Part shown: in pieces, positions 45,400 through 60,466 of the stretch
How the letters are laid out: each line of letters opens with the position of its first letter
Numbering within the stretch: position 1 is the stretch's first letter
DNA from: the human T2T-CHM13v2.0 reference genome, Homo sapiens
DNA length: 64,000 nt
Strand: one strand, 5' to 3'
Assembly (NCBI RefSeq): GCF_009914755.1
Contig: NC_060937.1
Made by a program: the position numbers and the translations under genes
Notes under the pieces: generated by a model
The model's input: the letters and a program-made list of their open reading frames with translations, nothing else
The model's database searches: none
What the model was told of the DNA's origin: nothing

Positions 45400-48044
45400 C
45401 TCAATCCTTGAAGATTGTCTCACTTTACAGCACTGTCGTAATTTCTGGTGATCTCATGATCTTTTCTGTATTCTTGCCCCTCATGTCCTTTATCACCACT
45501 CCTTTGCAGATGATTTTTTTTCCTCCAGTCTTCCTCAGCTAGTCCAGACTATTTATCATTGTTACTTATCATGTGAACTCCTCCACATCTTAATTTCAAG
45601 AATCTCATCCTCTGATCACCATGTCCTAGATTCCCAACTTATTTTCTCTGTATCATGTTTCCAGTATTTCTTCATCTTCTCAGGGAACTACAATCCACTG
45701 GCTACCTCCTTTTCACTGTCTCTCACTGTCCTCATTCCTGAACTTCCTCCTCACTCAGCATAAATTCCATAGTTTGTCATTTTAGCCCCTCTCTTGCCCT
45801 TTCCCTTGATGTTCCTGCTCCTCTGTCACTTCATTGGACTTTCCCAGCAATGCCTCAGTCCGTGGCAGATTCAACCCTCTGCCTCTCTGCATCTGTACCC
45901 ATGCAGATGAATGTGGCCTGGGAAAAAATAGACAACCATGCTGGTAGGTTTCACTTAAAGTTACAGCCATGAATCTCAAATGAGCTTGTACCATGCTTCC
46001 CTGGCCCATTCACTCTGCACTCTCCTGGACTATCTCATACATTCCCCACCAAACTCCCAACAGTTCTCCATCATCATTCTCAGCTGGTGACTTTATTCTG
46101 ACTTCACTGAAAAAAAAAAAATGGAACTCATCAGAGCAGAACTTCTGGATTCCCATCATCTCCTCTATCCACTCACATACTCTGCCTTCATAACAATGAC
46201 CACAGACAAACGTTTTCCTGTCTATATCAAGCCAATCCCTCAACCTAATTGGTAGTTTCTACCACTCTATCTGTTCAAGAACATTATTCCAGGATTTTCC
46301 TGCTTCCTGACCTGCATAATCCAGTTTCCCTCTCTATTTGGTTATCCATATCTACATTTTAAAAACGCTACTTCTGGCTGGATGCTGTGGCTCGTGCCTG
46401 TATTCCCAGCACTTTGAGAGGCCGAGGCGGGCGGATCACTTGAGCTCATGAGTTTGAGACCAGCCTGGGCAACATGGAGAAATCCCATCTCTCCAGAAAA
46501 AAAAAAAAAAAACAAGCATTATCCAGGTGTGGTGGTTCACGCCTGTAGTCCAAGCTACTTGAGAGGCTGAGGTGGGAGGATGGCTTGAGCCTGGGAGGCG
46601 GAGGTTGCAGTGAGCCGAGATTGTACTAGTGTACTCTAGCTCGGGTGACAGAGCCAGAACTTGTCTCAAAAAATAAAATGAAAAATAAAATAAAATTTTA
46701 AAGTAAAATAAAATAAAATGCAATTTTTTTCTCCTATGAAAAGAAAATAAACTCTTGCTTAACTCAACATCACTCTCAAGCATCTGCTTTCTCTTAACCA
46801 CTTTACAGCGAAACTCTAAAAAGAATCTACTGTCTCCGTTCTACATTTTCCTTTCTTTCATGAACCCGTTATAATCAGGCTTTCTTTCTGTCACTCAATT
46901 GAAACTGTTTTGTCAAGGCCATTGATGGCCTACATGTAGCTAAATCCGATGGTCAGTGGTCAGTTCTCTTCTTACCTGCCCTATCAGCAGATTCCACACA
47001 ATATCAGTTCCTTCATTTTCAAACACTTTTTTCACTTGATTTCCAGGACACTGTGCCCGCCTGGTGTGCCTCCTACCTCACAGGTGATTCTCCCCAGTCT
47101 TCCTCGCTAGTTCCCTTTCACCCCTTCAACCTCCTTGCACTGGTTCATCACAAGATTCAGTCCTTGGACCCCTTCTGTACTTCTCCATGCTCAGGACTCC
47201 AAATACTACCTATATTTTACACTTCCAAATCAATACCCCCAGCCTACATATCTTTCCCTCATGATTAATATATCGAATTGCATATATAGTGACACTTCTT
47301 TTAGATATCTGATAGATTATCTCAATGTAACATCTCCAAAACAACCATCTGAACTTCTCTCCAAATCTACTCCTTCCACAGTCATCCCTATCTTAGTAAA
47401 TAGAAACTATCCTCTGGGTGTTCAGACTAAAAATCTTGTATTATCTCTAACATCTTTCCTTTCTGATACCTCAGACTCAACCTTTAAGCAAGTCCTATAA
47501 ATCTGTCTTCAAAACATACCCAGAGGATGACTACTCTTTGCCACCTTCACCACTACCCACAGGTCTTCCTAACTGCCCTCTTGACTTTCACCTTTGCTTT
47601 CTTGAACTTTATTCTCAACATGGCAGCCACAGCCTCATAGTTCATGGCACTCCTTTGCTCAAGGCCTTTTGGTTCCAGCCCATTGATTGACTCGTTGCTG
47701 TTTGTGGAGCACACACCCTCTCAGGACCTTTGCCCTCCCTGTGCCTCCTTCCTGGAGCCCTGGCCCCCATGCCTCCTTCCTGTCTTTAGTCAGCATCATC
47801 TCCACTGAAGAACCTATTTAAAGTTGCAATCTGCTGCCTTCTGGCACTTTCTATTTTCCTTCCCTTCTTTATTTTGTGCAACAATTATAACCATCTTACA
47901 TGCTATATATTTTACATCTTAATTTGTTTATTTTCTTCCCACCACCAGCAGAATATATACTTCATAAGGGCAGGAATTTTTGTCCATTTCGTTCAGTGCC
48001 AAGAACAGTGCCTGGCACACTAAGCACTCAATAAATAGTTGTTG
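45400..48044 (+). mobile_element. Long L2 relic (ORF remnant to 3' end), interrupted by an Alu
   Basis: C/T-rich L2-like sequence (caattgaaactgttttgtcaagg...caatggtca-like motifs) ending gtgcctggcacac-taagcactcaataaatagttgttg. Confidence 0.85.
46376..46718 (+). mobile_element. Alu (AluJ-like) with (AAAAT)n tail
   Basis: gatcacttgagctc, gaggatggcttgagcctgggagg (J-type diagnostics). Confidence 0.95.
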
Positions 48045-48388
48045 TCGCAGGAATACCATGTGGGATTTAAATTGGGCTTTCTTTCTTATTATAACCTACC
48101 TCTTCCCACAAAGGATATGAGGTGACAAGCCTCCTATAAATGAATCACATTGAGAAGCTGGATGCTTTATTAGTCCCCTGTGCCTCCATGCTGGCCATGA
48201 AAATTTGCAGTAATAGAAGGTAGTAAGCTGGACTCAGAGAGGAAACTGATAATGACAGTTTTTAGCACTTAACAGGCTTCCAGAAGTTACAGAAAACTCC
48301 TTTAAACATCTCCAAAAACTTTATTGAGTGGCTAACCACTCCACCAACATAACATATCTTTAAGATAGGAGTATAAGGTACTCTTTTT

Positions 48389-48604
48389 TGGTATATTAAA
48401 GAATCCTAAGGAAGAGATTACAAATGCTGTGATCTCCAGCACACCCGGAGAGCATAGCGTCCTGGAAATCAAGTGAAGAAGGTGTTTGAAAATGAAGGAA
48501 GTGATATGGTGTGGAATCTGCTGTTAGGGCAGATAAGAGGAAAACTGACCCCTGACCATGTGGTATATTAAAGAATTCAAGGGAAGAGATGACAAATGCT
48601 GTGA
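48389..48604. repeat. 44-bp direct repeat flanking a 121-bp inverted copy of 46949-47069
   Basis: Repeats 48389-48432 and 48561-48604 are 40/44 identical. Insert 48439-48559 versus the reverse complement of 46949-47069 is 107/121 identical and ungapped (hand-counted). Confidence 0.9.
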
Positions 48605-48629
48605 GAATTCATGATATTTAGTTAGTACC

Positions 48630-49052
48630 TGTTAGGGGTTGAATTGTGTTCCTCTCTCCAAAAATATATTGAAATTAGAAATCCAAGGCCATTGTGAATG
48701 TGACCTTATTTGGAAATAGGGTCTTTGTAGATGATCAGATTAAGATGAGGTCATTGGGGTGGCCCTAGTCCAGTTTGACTGGTATCTTTATGAAAATGGA
48801 ACATTTGAACACAGAGACACATACAGAGAGAAGATGTGAAGCTAAAGAGGGAGAACACCATCTATAAGCCAAGTAATGCCTGGAACTATCCAGTAGCTAG
48901 GGGAGAGGCCTAGAATAGATTGTCTCTCCCAGTTCCCAGAAGGAACCAAGATAACTGATACCTTGATCTCAGACTTCTGGTCTCCAGAACTGTGAGACAA
49001 TCCATCTATGTTGTTTTCGCCACCTAGTTTGGGGTGCTTTGTTATGGCAGCA
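48630..49052 (+). mobile_element. MLT1B/C-type MaLR LTR
   Basis: gggttgaattgtgt...gaatgtgaccttatttggaaatagggtctttg...tccagaactgtgagacaat...ttgttatggcagc. Confidence 0.9.
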
Positions 49053-49415
49053 TTACCTGATTTTAGTTTTGTTATTGTATGTAGCTTGGGCATAACATTT
49101 TAGGACGGACAATTTGTTTAAATCGCAGAGCTTTAGATTTTAATTATCTAGAAAAAGTTTCCACCTATCACTTACTCACCAGTAAAACCATGGTGTATAC
49201 TGTAACATTCCCAGACATTCAATGAAAAGAAATATTTTTTCCACTTTTTATATGCATAATTGAGAGGGCTGACTTTACAAATAGAATGAAAGATCATATT
49301 GTATTATTTAATGCTATACTTTTAGAAGTATTTTTGATAAGTATTTCTTTTGAAATGCAGTTATATAAATGATACTCCTTCAGCGTTTTCTAAGGTAAGG
49401 AAATAGTTTTACACA

Positions 49416-49803
49416 CAGTTGACCTTCTGTATCTGCAGGTTCTGGAGCCAAGAAATCAATGGCCTCATCTTAATCTGATTATCTACAAAGACCCTATTTC
49501 CAAAACTCAGACCAAAAATATTCTTTAATAAACAATTAAAAATAACAATACAACAATAAAAAATAATACAAATGAAAAAACAACACAATAGAATAACAAA
49601 TAGTTGCCATGCAACTGTTTGCATGGCAGTTATATTTTATTGGGCATCGTAAGTAATCTGGAGAAGATTTAAAGTATATGGAAGGATGTGTGTAGATTAT
49701 ATGCAAATCCTATGCCATTTTCTGTCAAAGACTTGAACATCCAAGGATTTTGGTATCCTTGGGAGTTCTGGAACCATCCCTCATGGGTACTGAAGGACAA
49801 CTG
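49416..49803. mobile_element. Tigger3 (MER7-type) DNA transposon carrying a foreign insert at 49439-49504
   Basis: CAGTTGACC...GGACAACTG terminal inverted repeats followed by TA. Internal tatatgcaaat...gacttgaacatcc...ggattttggtatcc. Confidence 0.85.
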
Positions 49804-50503
49804 TAATCTTAAACATTTAACATTAATGACTGGGACTATGAATGGAGTCTGGAAAAAAGGAGTTTATTCTTTGAGGGGACAAAATTGGTCATTTAAATTG
49901 GTTGAGAAAGTTTTTAAGATATTGTGAAATCCACTTAAATTGACAGACTTTAACGTTAGTAAGTAGTGGTTTTGTGTGTTAAAATCATTTCCCTCCTGTA
50001 TTCATTATGTATCGTAAGATATGGTAATATATACACAGAACTGTATTTTAAAAATACTTAATTTAGTTTGACATTATTGTGAGAAAGAAAAGATCTAAGA
50101 AGAGATCAGTGGCTTAAAATTCCCTAGTGATAATGAACTTGGAGGAAACCTTGTATACTAAGTGAATTATAGTCTAAAGATAGTGGGAAAACTGTACTCA
50201 AATAATAATATTGAAAAACATCCAATTTATTCTGCTTATGAAGACATAATTTGAAACATCTGATATATTCATTTTTTCTTTTTTTTTTAATTTTTTTTAT
50301 TATACTTTAAGTTTTAGGGTACATGTGCACAATGTGCAGGTTAGTTACATATGTATACATGTGCCATGTTGGTGTGCTGCACCCATTAACTCGTCATTTA
50401 ACATTAGGTATATCTCCTAATGCTATCCCTCCCCCCTCCCCCCACCCCACAACAGGCCCCAGTGTGTGATGTTCCCCTTCCCGTGTCCATGTGTTCTCGT
50501 TGT

Positions 50504-54359
<3,856 letters not shown>

Positions 54360-54395
54360 TTAGTTGATGCAGTTTCTTCCTAGTCTTGATGGTCT

Positions 54396-55409
54396 GTACA
54401 TTTTGGCATGAGTTTGCAGCGGCCGGTACCGGTTGTTCCTTTCCATGTTTAGCGCTTCCTTCAGGAGCTCTTGTAGGGCAGGCCTGGTGGTGACAAAATC
54501 TCTCAGCATTTGCTTGTCTGTAAAGTATTTTATTTCTCCTTCACTTATGAAGCTTAGTTTGGCTGGATATGAAATTCTGGGTTGAAAATTCTTTTCTTTA
54601 AGAATGTTGAATATTGGCCCCCACTCTCTTCTGGCTTGTAGGGTTTCTGCTGAGAGATCTGCTGTTAGTCTGATGGGTTTCCCTTTGAGGGTAACCCGAC
54701 CTTTCTCTCTGGCTGCCCTTAACATTTTTTCCTTCATTTCAACTTTGGTGAATCTGACAATTATGTGTCTTGGAGTTGCTCTTCTCGAGGAGTATCTTTG
54801 TGGCGTTCTCTGTATTTCCTGAATCTGAACGTTGGCCTACCTTGCTAGATTGGGGAAGTTCTCCTGGATAATATCCTGCAGAGTGTTTTCCAACTTGGTT
54901 CCATTCTCCCCATCACTTTCAGGTACACCAATCAGATGTAGATTTGGTCTTTTCACATAGTCCCATATTTCTTGGAGGCTTTGCTCATTTCTTTTTATTC
55001 TTTTTTCTCTAAACTTCCCTTCTCGCTTCATTTCATTCATTTCATCTTCCATCGCTGATACCCTTTCTTCCAGTTGATCGCATCGGCTCCTGAGGCTTCT
55101 GCATTCTTCACGTAGTTCTTGAGCCTTGGTTTTCAGCTCCATCAGCTCCTTTAAGCACTTCTCTGTATTGGTTATTCTAGTTATACATTCTGTTAAATTT
55201 TTTTCAAAGTTTTCAACTTCTTTGCCTTTGGTTTGAATGTCCTCCCGTAGCTCAGAGTAATTTGATCGTCTGAAGCCTTCTCTCAGCTCGTCAAAGTCAT
55301 TCTCCCTCCAGCTTTGTTCCGTTGCTGGTGAGGAACTGCGTTCCTTTGGAGGAGGAGAGGTGCTCTGCGTTTTAGAGTTTCCAGTTTTTCTGCTCTGTTT
55401 TTTCCCCAT
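54396..55409 (-). pseudogene. L1 ORF1p, disrupted
   Basis: MGKKQSRKTGNSK... stops after 190 aa (CAG>TAG at 54837-54839). One-codon deletion near E44/45. Natural stop mutated TAA>TAC. Confidence 0.97.
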
Positions 55410-55699
55410 CTTTGTGGTTTTATCTACTTTTGGTCTTTGATGATGGTGATGTACAGATGGGTTTTTGGTGTGGATGTCCTTTCTGTTTGTTAGTTTTCCT
55501 TCTAACAGACAGGACCCTCAGCTGCAGGTCTGTTGGAATACCCTGCCGTGTGAGGTGTCAGTGTGCCCCTGCCAGGGGGATGCCTCCCAGTTAGGCTGCT
55601 CAGGGGTCAGGGGTCAGGGACCCACTTGAGGAGGCAGTCTGCCCGTTCTCAGATCTCCAGCTGCGTGCTGGGAGAACCACTGCTCTCTTCAAAGCTGTC

Positions 55700-56317
55700 A
55701 GACAGGGACATTTAAGTCTTCAGAGGTTACTGCTGTCTTTTTGTTTTTCTGTGCCCTGCCCCCAGAGGTGGAGCCTACAGAGGCAGGCAGGCCTTCTTGA
55801 GCTGTGGTGGGCTCCACCCAGTTGGAGCTTCCCGGCTGCTTTGTTTACCTAAGCAAGCCTGGGCAATGGCGGGCGCCCCTCCCCCAGCCTCGCTGCCGCC
55901 TTGCAGTTTGATCTCAGACTGCTGTGCTAGCAATCAGCGAGACTCCGTGGGCGCAGGACCCTCCGAGCCAGGTGCCGGATATAATCTCGTGGTGCGCCGT
56001 TTTTTAAGCCGGTCTGAAAAGCCAAATATTCAGTTGGGAGTGACCAGATTTTACAGGTGCCGTCAGTCACCCCTTTCTTTGACTCGGAAAGGGAACTCCC
56101 TGACCCCTTGCGCTTCCCAAGTGAGGCAATGCCTCGCCTTGCTTCGGCTCGCGCAGGGTGCACGCACCCACTGACCTGCGCCCACTGTCTGGCACTCCCT
56201 AGTGAGATGAACCCGGTACCTCAGATGGAAATGCAGAAATCACCCGTCTTCTGTGTCGCTCGTGCTGGGAGCTGTAGACCAGAGCTGTTCCTATTCGGCC
56301 ATCTTGGCTCCTCCCCC
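55700..56317. promoter_or_regulatory. L1 5' UTR CpG-rich sense promoter (-) and antisense promoter (+)
   Basis: The only CpG-dense stretch in the window. Established L1 promoter architecture. Confidence 0.75.
55866..56174 (+). CDS. L1 ORF0 (antisense 5' UTR ORF), 102-aa open form
   Basis: MAGAPPPASLPPCSLISDCCASNQRDSVG... is the primate L1 ORF0 N-terminus, with gcaATGg Kozak context. Expression unknown. Confidence 0.8.
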   Translation: MAGAPPPASLPPCSLISDCCASNQRDSVGAGPSEPGAGYNLVVRRFLSRSEKPNIQLGVTRFYRCRQSPLSLTRKGNSLTPCASQVRQCLALLRLAQGARTH

Positions 56318-56916
56318 CATTTTTTCCTGTTTTGTTTTTTTATTCTCCAAATTTCATATCATAGTTTTAAATTTTGTTACACAACAGTTTTGTAGAATAC
56401 ATAAAAGGACTATAGATTTGGAGGTATATGGCTCTTGCAGACCATGTAAAATTTGGATCTTAGTTCTAGCTCTAGTTTTGCTTACTAACGGTAACCTTTG
56501 AGAAAATCTTATCTTTTTATTTTCAGCATCTGTAAAACTCTAACAATCTGTTGAATTTGCCTCCTGAAAATCTTTGTGGAGCCTGCCAAAGTTCAGATAT
56601 GTGGTTCTGTCTTCTGAGAATGTAGTCTGTGTGGCACCATTTGAAATGTTCCCTTGTTTTAGGTGGACTTTTTGTCTTCCTCTGCTACTGGCTGTAATTT
56701 CCCTTAATTGTTAGAGGCCCTCTTTGGACATCTCATTTGAAAAAGTACTGCTCAATCTGTGAATCTTGAAGAATGCCACTATGACCGAAGGGATTGCAAC
56801 GAAACAAAATGAAGGCATTTTACATTTTGTACAGGAAATTGCTTAATATCTAAACCATGAACTGACTTGTGTAGTGTAGTGTCTATTTATATGTTCATCA
56901 GAAACACATAATACAT

Positions 56917-57245
56917 TGTCCTGGATATTTGTATCTCCCCCAAATTCATATGTTGAAAGTTAATCACCAATGTGATGGTATTAGGAGGTGGAGTCTTTTG
57001 GAGGTGATTAAGTCATTAGGGCTGAAAGATTCCTCAGAGAGCTAGATCAGCCTTTCCACCAGGTGAGAACTCACAGAGAAGATGCCATCTATGGTCTAGA
57101 AAGCAGGTCCTCCTTAGACACCAAATTTACTGGCTCCTTGCTCTTGGACTTCTCAGCCTCTAAAACTGTGAGAAATAAGTTTCTGTTGTTTATAAGCTAC
57201 TCAGCCTTTGAGATTTTGTTATAGCAGTGCGAATGGACCAAGACA
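56917..57245 (+). mobile_element. MLT1A-type MaLR LTR
   Basis: caaattcatatgttgaaa...gtgatggtattaggaggtgg...actgtgagaaataagtttctgttgtttataagc...aagaca. Confidence 0.9.
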
Positions 57246-57989
57246 CATGGGTAAAACATTTATTTGACCACATCTACTTAAAAAAGGAAATGGAAATGCA
57301 GGCATGTTGCTGGTCCTTCTTTTGGGCCATAGGCTAATATTGAGAACCATAACTGCATATTATGACATCTGAGTTCAGAATCAAAGCAAGGGGGACTCTT
57401 TGGAAAGATTCCATGTCTATAATTCACAGTGTAGATGTAGAGCAATTTCCACCAAATGCTTGTGTTCTTTCCTGGAAGATCATTAACCTGAAGTGATTAC
57501 TTTTTAGAGAGGACTGCTGTTAAGACTTGTGGTAAAAGTCAGGTGCAAGACCAAGGAAAGGTGACCAGGGCAAGGAAGAGAGTTTGGGAGCTGAGTCTCT
57601 CTCCTCTCTTTTTGGGGGTCTGCAGTGCTGGTTTGTATGGAGGGCTTTGGGAAAGCCTGTAGCTTTACCCAGATGCTGACAAGCTTTTGGAGTAGCAATA
57701 GTTCTGGGATATGCAGGAGAAATACATAGGGGTGGAAGTTCGAGTTATATACAGGGTAGAAGAATGCAGTAAAGCATTATAAACAAATTCTGTAAGATGT
57801 GGATTTGGGGGTAGGTGCTTTATAAGATTTAAATATTTTTTTGATGGCAGGACACTCCACACTGACACATGAATAGATGAAAGGCAAAATACTTGGTTAC
57901 TTACAGCTCCAGTTGAAAGAAGGCTTCCAAAGCTTCCAGGCAGGACCATACAGTGAGTTGCATCAAGGGACAGGGTAACAGCAAGCTGG

Positions 57990-58270
57990 AGCTCCAGGGG
58001 GAAGCTTATATATAGCAAGTGGGGTGGAATTAGGGAAGTTTTGATGGTTCTCTGTGGGTTGGCTTATTTGAATAATTCTGCAGGTTCTGGGACATAGGGT
58101 ACCTGTCTGGTACCTGGCACCACGGCCTGTAGGGTGGGTACACCGTGGCCCAGAATATGAGAGCTCTATCAGGGAAGTGACTGTAGTGCAGATTGAATTA
58201 GCTGGGCAAAAAGGGGAGCTGACTGGCTTCTAGCCAGGGCCTCAAAACTGGGTAAAGGCTGCTTACAAAA
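57990..58270. mobile_element. ERVL-type LTR relic (MER74/LTR40-like)
   Basis: tttgaataattctgcaggttctgggacataggg...tctggtacctggc motif. Subfamily uncertain. Confidence 0.45.
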
Positions 58271-58280
58271 ATTATAGTAG

Positions 58281-59003
58281 TGATAGAGTTTGAATATAAG
58301 TTCATGCCAAGTCTCGTGTTGAATTGTAATCCCCAGTGTTGGAGGTGGGGCCTGGTGGGAGGTGATTGTATCATGGGGGTGGATCCTCCCAATAGTGAGT
58401 TCTTACACAATGTGGTGTGTGGCACCTCTTCCCAACTCAAACTCTATCTTGTTCCCCACTTCACCTTCCACCATGAGTGAAAGATCCCTGACGTCTCCCC
58501 AGAAGCAGATGCCAGCATTATACCTCCTGTACAGCCTTCAGAACCATGAGCCAATTAAACCTCTTTTCTTTATGAATTACTGCATTCGTCAGTTCTCACA
58601 CTGCTCATAAAGACCTACCTGAGACTAGGTAATTTATAAAGAAAAAGAGATTTAATGAACTCACAATTCCATATGGCTGGGGAGGCCCCACAATGATGGT
58701 GGAAGTCAAGGAGGAGCAATTCATATCTTACACAGTGGCGGGGAAGAGAGTATGAGAGCCAAGAAGGAGAGTTTTCCCCTTATAAAACCATCAGATCTCG
58801 TGAGACTTATTCACTACCACAAAAACAGTATGGGGGAAACCGCCCCCATGATTCAATTATCTCCCACCGGGTCCCTCCCACAACACTTGAGAATTATGGG
58901 AGCTACAATTCAAGATGAGACTTGGGTGGAGACACAGCCAAACCGTTATCAACTACCCAGCCTCAGGTATTTCTTTATAACAACACAAGAATGGACTAAC
59001 ACA
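58281..59003 (+). mobile_element. MST-type MaLR LTR interrupted by THE1
   Basis: gaattgtaatccccagtgttggaggtggggcctggtgggagg...agccaattaaacctcttttc...ctcaggtatttctttata...ggactaacaca. Confidence 0.92.
58581..58951 (-). mobile_element. THE1B/C solo LTR nested antisense in MST
   Basis: ccccttataaaaccatcagatctcgtgagacttattcactaccac. TSD attac/actac. Confidence 0.93.
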
Positions 59004-59896
59004 TAGGTATAAGTTCTTTATAGTCATTCTTCAAGTACCTAGTTGATGCTTCTTCTTAGCTCTCCCATCAGTTGGTTAGTGGCAAAGAAGGATAGGTGTT
59101 CAAAGAACTTAATGAGCTTAGAAAACATCTTCCAAAACTTGTGTACAAATTGGGCTGGGGGCTGGTGGGCATCTTGACCTCCCATGGAGGCTGAGGATCT
59201 TGTTGACATGAGGAGGGTGTTTGTTGTTACTAACTGGGGGTGGCTGGTGCAGGAGGTGTCATGTGTGCCATGTGCCCATCAAAGTCCATCCCCAGAAGCT
59301 GGAGAGCCTGGGACCACACCAAGGGAGAAGGTAGAAACGACATCCAATGTGAGGTGTCCCAGGAACTCTTGCAGGTTAAAAGAAGTTGAAAAGTTTCTAG
59401 AGTCACCCAGACCTGCTTTTGACCAAGGTAGGCATTCCAAGTGATGGTATATTTACTGACAACACCATATTCGTCATTCAGTGGTTTGAACTGACCTTGG
59501 TGATGAACAGGGTGGTTTGGGGGCCCCTGTGACGTGCTTGACTGCTGGCTTTGCCCACGGAGCAGCACAGTATCTTGTCTTAAGAAAGCTGGCCTCCCTT
59601 TCTCATCCCTGTGGCTCTGGTTATTTGGTACCTCTGTAAATAGGACTCTACTTACTGCATACACCAATGTCTTTTAGCTATAGCTGGGGTGAATGTTTCC
59701 ATGGCAATTCTAACTTCTGGATGAGGAATCTGTGAGGGGGCAGTTTTAGCTGGTATGCATGGCTGCAGTTGACTAAGGTACCCACCCACAGAGTGTAGTT
59801 TTATAAATTAGCTGGAGATTGGTGTAGTCCTCCTCTTTAGAGTTGATTTCCTCCGGCCTTCAGGGTCCTCGTTGATAGGATATTAATGGCTTGCAT
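59004..59896 (-). pseudogene. Candidate decayed endogenous bornavirus-like nucleoprotein element (EBLN-like)
   Basis: Frameshifted translation gives collinear motifs resembling BoDV-1 N: FI-x-YT..VGG, ETFTPAI, GVV, FNLQE, W..PW-x-G, LQLLGMDFD, AHMT. Identified by eye against a remembered sequence, no search run. Confidence 0.5.
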
Positions 59897-60466
59897 ATTT
59901 CACTGTTTTGTTTTCTTAAAAGATAGATAGAAAACAAAGAAAAAGACTCCTTTTGTGAGTGTCAGGGGTAGAATAATTCCTTGATATCTTCTATATATGA
60001 GACTTTCTTTAGAATATCGGTGCCTAGGAAGTATTATAATAAACCTAAGTGTTTGACATTTTTAAAATACTGTGAATTCTGGTTAGTTTATCAGTATTTT
60101 CTTAGTTATTTATGTCTTAAATGTCACAAAATATTGCATCCCTAAGCATCTGTTAATAAGGTGAGAGTTTTGACTAATTGGAAATGATATATAGAGAGTA
60201 TTACATTATTATTCACATTTTCATATTTTTTGTTGAAATACTCCAATTTTCTTATTTTTATCATATTTAAATAGGTGCTTAAAAAAGGACAACTAGTTCT
60301 ATAAGACTTTTAACAGAAAAGTAATTCCCTGTCCATCCTTTGCTCCCCAGATTCCCATGTTTCAGAGACAACTACTTTGAGCTCTTTGAGCTGCTTCTAC
60401 TATTTGCCTCTGTGTTTCTAATACCATGAGTTTTCCATTTTAGGTATTATCTACTGACTTATTGGT

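Noticed and set aside
50427-50449. G-quadruplex motif on the - strand
   Set aside because: Standard L1 3' UTR G-rich tract, already well described.
59230-59667. 145-aa - strand ORF as a functional protein
   Set aside because: Non-ATG start, and the N-like motifs are spread over several frames. Treated as part of a decayed element.
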